Assembly (NCBI RefSeq): GCF_024521635.1
Contig: NW_026250422.1
Span: forward strand, 310,001-374,000
Reading direction: 5' to 3'
Source of the DNA: Tricharina praecox
Lineage: Eukaryota
Length of the DNA stretch: 64,000 nucleotides
Shown here: one piece after another, positions 57,725 through 64,000 of the stretch
Layout: the number at the start of each line of letters is the position of its first letter
Position numbering within the stretch: the stretch's first letter is position 1
Program-made: the position numbers and the translations under genes
The notes under the pieces: model-generated
The model's input: the letters and a program-made list of their open reading frames with translations, nothing else
Told to the model about the DNA's origin: nothing
Database searches by the model: none

Positions 57725-59936
57725 ATGCCTCCCGTAAAGGCCATGAATGTTCTCATATATGCTGGTAACGAGCTCTCCGCCCTCCCACGCAGCAGCGCAA
57801 GACTAAGTCCCTAAAAGGAAACGGCACCACCGCCGAGTCCGTGCGGCACTGCGTACACTCGTTCCGGCGCCTGCTTTCGCCGCACTTTGCCGTGTCGACA
57901 GTTACAGCCGATGCGATTCTGAAGGAGCCATGGATGTCCACCTGTGCGCTTCTCGTTCTTCCCGGCGGTGCCGATTTGCCGTATTGTAGAACTTTCAACG
58001 GCGCGGGTAACAGGAGGATCTCGCAGTATGTGCGGCAGGGCGGGTCTTTTATCGGGTTCTGCGCCGGGGGCTACTATGCTTCGAAGCAGTGCGAGTTTGA
58101 GCCCAACAATCTGAAGCTCGCCGTGGTGGGGAGTCGGGAGCTGGCTTTCTTCCCTGGCACCTGCCGAGGTGCAGCATTCACCGGGTTTGAGTATGCGAGT
58201 GAGAATGGTGCGAGGGCTCCTACCATCTGCGTGCTGGCGATGGGGGAGGGGAAGAAGGAGGAATTTAGCTTCAAGTGCTACTTTAACGGCGGTGGAGTGT
58301 TTGTGGATGCGGGGAAGCTCAAAGATCAAGGGGTGGAGGTGTTGGCGAGTTATGAGGGTGAGCTCGATGTTGATGGAGGGGATGGCAAGGCGGCGGTGAT
58401 TTACCGCAAAATCGGAGAGGGCGGTGTGATTCTCACGGGGCCTCATCCTGAGTATTGATTTCTCGGCTTCGTCGGTAGTCTAGCCGCTGACTGGTGTTAG
58501 ATTTATCGGCTCACACCTACGCAAGAGTAATGGAGGACCGGAATACTCAAAAGTTGTCGACGCCATCATCGAAGACGAGGAGAAGCGTGTCAGATTCTTG
58601 AAGTGCTTGCTGCGAAAGCTCGGCATAGAGGCATCCGCGACGAACATGCCTCCTCCACGTCTCAGTAGGGTACATCTGACTGCAGCGCACCCTTCTGACG
58701 TGGCAAAGTTGGTTGATCGTCTGCAAGATATAATCACGATCCAAGGAGAGATGACGAAGATTATTGACGACAACGACACATTTATTCTTGAACAGGAAAG
58801 CTCGAATGGGAGCTATAGCTTTTGTACAAAGGACCTGACTGACGCACTTGATGATCCTGAGAATGACATCGTCGATTATAATGAAGTGCCAAAATCGCTG
58901 CACGCGCATAGCTCGGGGTTGCCATCCAATGAAGAAACTCCCTTCTTTGACCACAAGTCCTTCTACGAGAACCTCTGGACCTACCGTCACCAGTCACGTT
59001 CTTTGCCCTCGCAGTTTGGAACCTTCATGCTCTACGGCGAGACGGTAACAAGTACCAACACAATGCTGGACAAGTCTGTTTTCCTGCTTCTCCACTTCGC
59101 CGCCATTGTCTGACACCGCCAGGAATCCCAAGCTCCTTGAACACCTACCGAACGGCCTCACTTTCGCGGCAACAACCCAGTTAGCCGGGCGGGGAAGGGG
59201 CAACAACGTCTGGATTTCGCCCAAAGGTTGCATGATCTTCTCTACCGTGATCCGTCACGCCCAGGAGCTGAATATCACTGCCCCGGTAATGTTTGTGCAA
59301 TACCTTGTCGGGCTAGCCGTCGTGGAAGGAATCAAGAGCTATGCTCCAGGCTACGAAGGAATACCGGTGCGCTTGAAATGGCCAAATGACATTTGTTCGC
59401 CTTCCCCATCTCTCTCACCTCTGACCAGTCCATCTAACACGAGAGTAGACGCTCGCGACCCCACCTCGGCCACAGAATCTTTCGTCAAGATAGGCGGAAT
59501 TCTTGTCAACTCTTCTTATCAGAGTAATCAGTTCCACCTTGTGGTGGGGGTGGGAATAAACACGCACAACGAAGCACCAACGACATCGCTGAACCTTCTA
59601 CGTGCCGCTCTCAATCCGTCACTTCCGGAATTTACCCAGGAAAAGCTGCTTGCCAGGGTGCTAGTGACCTTCGAGGAGATGTATCTCAAGTTCTGCCGTA
59701 GCGGATGGGAGCCATTTGAGCAGCTGTACTATCGCCATTGGCTACATACCGGACAGCAGGTGACGCTGGAGATGGAGGGCAGTGTTAAGGGACGTGTTGT
59801 GGGTATCACGAGGGATTGGGGGCTGCTGAAGGTGGAGGAGTTGGATCAAGAAAGGCTCACCGGGAAGACGTGGACGCTGATGAGTGATGGGAATAGCTTC
59901 GATTTCTTCAAGGGCCTGTTGAAGAGGAAGAGCTGA
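57725..59936 (+). CDS. BPL1: Biotin-protein ligase (holocarboxylase synthetase). Exons: 57725-57764, 57818-58451, 58501-59073, 59123-59394, 59449-59936
   Basis: BPL_N domain MNVLIYAGNGTT, LVLPGGADLPY, GFCAGGYY, GPHPEF; catalytic region VTSTNTML, QLAGRGRGNNVWISP, LKWPNDIY, KIGGILV, GVGIN, DGNSFDFFKGL. Confidence 0.97.
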
Positions 59937-60370
59937 AGGGAAGTGTTATAGGTACATATTTCTCTGCAGCGAATTGAGTGCAGTTAGTGTCAAAATTACC
60001 TGTGAATGCAGCTTTTGCCAGTGAAAAAGGGGGGGTGACCGAAGATTTGAGAAGAGGTGTTTCTTTACCGACTTTGAGCTATATACATCAACTGTTTTCA
60101 GACCTGACCCGTCCCAATATTCGGTCATAACGTTAAACGCGCCAGAGGCTCAGAAGGGAATAGACACCGTGGTGGCACAAGGTAAAAAACATACCTTGAT
60201 TTCATCCTTGATTCCATCTAGTAAGAGCTACTACATACTCTGCATGACCAAACTGCCGGTATTATAGAAGAAGTTCCTTCCACCTTGTCTCCCGTCCTTA
60301 CCTACCATCCTACATCCTTCACAATCAACCTCGCTCGAAACCCCCCAACCCTTCACTCCAGCATCGAATT

Positions 60371-63300
60371 ATGGCACATCCATGCACCATCCAGAAGTCG
60401 AAATTTTTCTATCCTATCGGGCACAGAGCCGCAGTATGCCTGACCGAGAGCTTGTCTCTCGAGCAATCAGCGAACATCCTTCTACTGAACTGTGGAGACC
60501 CAAGGTACGTTGTTTGGGCCCGTGCTATTGCTGACTCGGAGACGGTACTGATTTTCACTAAAGGGATATCCTCTTCACACTCCATATGGACGGCGGAAGG
60601 CCGATCGACTTCACTTGCTGTGAGACTGAGCCTGCCGTGTTGGGTTCGTTTGTTTGTGGACACCATTCGACCCGTGATCCTGCTGACCAGTCCGTCGACA
60701 ACAGCTCGAAACATCCTACTTTTCGCTTGTTTCACCGACGGAAAGAAGAAAGTTAACAGCGAAAAGATCTTCCAAATATTCTATCACTTTTACATCGACC
60801 AAGAGTCGCTGGATCGGTTACACGCTCAGTGCAGGAAGCTTGTCGAAGTGGCGGTGGACATCGACAGCTGGAATACATCCAAGTTCGGCAAGTTCATGAG
60901 GATGTGCACCAAGGACACACTCGCCCAGCTCAAGCAGCATTGGCAGCTATACCTCGATTACAAGGTCTCGAAGAAGGACCGCGTGAAAATGTTCCAAACG
61001 ATTATCGAGGGTACCCTGAGATTTGCCCCGCACTCCTCTTCATATATACGTTCTTCAGGGCCTTGCTGGGCGGAAGCAGAGACTCCAGCCACGGAGATCA
61101 TCACACACTTCTGGAAAGACGGCGTCGCATCGCAGGATGCAAATGTCATTGCGAAGGCCACTCGCGTCAACCCAACCTTTGTTTTCACCGACGGCATTGA
61201 TGACTTCTGCGTGCATTATGCAACTGATCCTCTTGCCGGATTCCACCATGTAATGGGGTGTTCATCGATCAAGGGATCCAACCGACGCGAGACGACTGCC
61301 GAGCATTTGGTTGCTGCGGCGAAGAAGCAATTCCATGACTGGGGGGTTTCATTTCGATCGGCAGTGATTGCAGGTTCGGTCAAAATCAGGTTCCACATTG
61401 GTGGTGTCCTCGAGTTCTGCCATGGGCTTCATCACTGGCAGCTCACAGGTTCGATTGATTGCAGGGCATACTCTGCACAATGGAAGAGCAACTTGCTAAT
61501 ACTCGATGGAGGGGAGTACGACACACAAGGCGGCTCCCATCATGGGCCACCGTTCGACATCATTGAGACATCCAATTTGCTCGACCAGCTCGGCCTTCTG
61601 AATATCATTACCGCTACGGCTCCTTTGCTACGCAGGTTGCCTTCCTCTACGATTTACACCGATATGTTGGTAGCTAGCACCCAGGAGCCGACCAAGGCCT
61701 TCACCAGCCGCCTCTGCGGCGACATCGGTACGTTTGGAGTACTTTTCGGTCTTGTTCCACAAACCTACGTTTCGGAATTTTCCTCTAGTTTCAGCCTCCA
61801 TGAACTTTTATTTGTCGAGAGGGAGCATCGTAAAAGTCGGTTCTATGAACGATTGGGGTGGAGGTTTGCGGCATTGGGGGAGCCAAGGGCTGTCATGGAT
61901 GCAAACTCGTCATCTCTGATTCTGGGTCCGAAACAGTTCGCGAGGTTCATCTATAAGTTATACTTGAAAATGTTTGAGTTCGAGGATTTGCGGACTCTAC
62001 CCGAAGCTACTGACGAACGGGAAAGGAGAATCATACACTATAATAGAGAAAGTTTCGCCAAACTCCTTCGGCTGTTGAAGGCAGGCACACCTGATACAGA
62101 TTGGAAGACGACGATGGAGTCATTTGATGACCTTGTGCAAAGTGACAAGGTACTAATCACTGGCATGGAACACTATCAGGACCTTTGCCATCACCTTCAT
62201 CTGGCCCAAGTGTTCACCTTGCCGATTCTCTATTCAAAACCAACGGTGGCTTGCCGTAATGTACTTCCACCAAGTGCTGGAAACGAAGGCCTCATCTTCC
62301 ATGGCTGGAAGTGGGAGGAAATACCGAAATCCATTTATGTAGTAGTCGTGGTTCCACGGTACCTACTGAAGGATTTAGCCAACATCAGCAAATGGGAAAC
62401 GCCCATCATTCAGGCCGAGATCTTCACGAGAGTCGGCTACAATATATTTTCCTCAGTACACGCGGTCTTTGCGAAAATATCGATAATGGGGAAAGCTGCC
62501 AACGCCAGAATCACACTTACAGACGACCCCGAAGGATGGGCAGGAACCTCTCCGCTTGTCGCAATTCTTCGAGTGCCTACCTGGAAATTATTGATCAATC
62601 CTGAAGATATTGTTATACGCCTAAAGAGTGTACCCAATTGTGGGGAGATGGCTGGCTTTTTAGGGTATGGCTCTGTCATTTTCTCAGTCAAACTTTTCAG
62701 CCCGATGCATGTCATGTTGTGCCGGAATCTCCCTAATTCAAAAGGACCGGTCGGCCTCGTGGAAGTCCCCTCCGTTTCGCCTCCAATGCCGCGGGGTCCA
62801 ATTACACCGGTGAAGGTACTCATGGATATCGGTGCAACTTTTGTGTTAAGTCTCACCATCCGAGTGGACATTGAAGAGGAAAATGCAAAGCGAAGCCTTC
62901 TACGTGGCATGGTGGTTACCGCTCGGCAAACTTTCCCCCACATCATGGAGGTCACGTCTTCCAATGGGAGTTTCGTCAAGGAGGTGGTGTTTCCGTTCCC
63001 GGTCGATGGCAGAAGTTTAAGGACCCACACAGACCGAAGGAATGCGTACATCGAGGTAAGGACCTGCTTGCAGAAAATCTCAAACAATTTAGTCATCCAC
63101 TCATGCGTACTTAGATCGTCGTTACTCCGTTCAAACCTCTAAGAGAAGGCGCCGACTTCTCGATGTACCAGCTCCCGGTAATTACCAACGGCGACTCCCC
63201 GAACCCGACTTTATGGAACATCCATTCTCTCCGTGGCCTCAACAAACTACCAATCCTCAACACTATCGGTCGCCTCTCCTGGGAATGGTACGTCCCTCAC

Positions 63301-64000
63301 TTTTCACTGCAATTCTCAGATCGGGAATGGCTCATCCGTGAGAGATGCCGCCGTGGAAAGTGGGTGTCGGAAACGAAGGGTCCTCTGATCGATGTAAAAG
63401 ACTCATTGTTTTCATTATTCACCGGGCGTGTAGGCGCACAAGGTAACCGACCAGGAACGAAAGTTTTCGGCTTCGTAAATGTGGAACACGGCGCAATGTT
63501 TCCAGGATTTGACTTCGTCATTTTTGTGGCCGATATTCGGATGGATCTTGCATCTCATACGGCCGTCACTGATGCCTGTGTGCTGTTTTTGACGTCCGAG
63601 GTTCCGGAGAAACTTCGGCGCGATCTCCTGGTACTGGGAACGTACAAATCATCAGCGTTTTCGACATTGATGACGGTCGAAATATCTCCGGAAGAGAAAA
63701 GACTATGGAGCCGACTTCTCCCAGCCTACGTCGAGCGCTGTCGGGAGTGGAAACACGATCCCGCCACTTGCAAGTACCGTCGCGGAAAAGCCAGATTTCA
63801 ACTCGCGCCGGAGCCTTTCCCGGAGTCTTTACCGGGGGGGAACTCGTGGAAGACTCTCCTGGATCTCGCATCAGAGTCTTTTATCTGCGATTGCGGCCTA
63901 GGGAAGGATCTACCGGAAACCTTCACCAACAACAGAGAGTTTCGGCCGTTTGCACCGTGGGTCACTCGCGTGGCGCTTTCGCCGCTGTTTGGAGTCTCGT
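60371..64000 (+). CDS. DUF4470-domain protein of the fungal family that usually ends in a MYND finger; 3' end beyond the window. Exons: 60371-60504, 60564-60643, 60705-63055, 63115->64000
   Basis: FFYPIG, ILLLNCGDPRDILFT, DFTCCETEPAVLARNILL, FDIIETSNLLDQLGLLN, LPAYVERCREWKH, CDCGLG, ALSPLF. The MYND finger itself is not visible in the window. Confidence 0.85.

Overview
Eukaryotic, intron-rich DNA from a filamentous ascomycete (Pezizomycotina; short 49-140 nt GT-AG introns with CTRAC-type branch points). I spliced eleven protein-coding genes by hand. In order: alanyl-tRNA synthetase ALA1 (-, runs off the left edge, with an in-frame mitochondrial-type N-extension), a BTB/POZ-like protein (-), DYRK kinase YAK1 (+), eIF3c/NIP1 (+), C2H2 transcription factor CON7 (-), DEAD-box helicase DBP2 (-), a dsRBD-containing DEAH/RHA helicase (+), MGM101 (-), a 4-exon twin-CX9C COA4 gene that is absent from the ORF track (-), biotin ligase BPL1 (+) and a DUF4470/MYND-type protein (+, runs off the right edge). 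The main structural oddity is that CON7 sits in about 27 kb of nearly gene-free, microsatellite-rich DNA. About 17 kb of this lies between two convergent 3' ends. This DNA carries about 50 hand-counted copies of TAGAGTA/TACTCTA, several fused into 12-14 bp palindromes, and one small ORF with a zinc-ribbon-like motif. The long DBP2 intron contains a clear long-range stem. I could not support any tRNA, rRNA, CRISPR array or intact mobile element. All gene models are inferred from sequence only.
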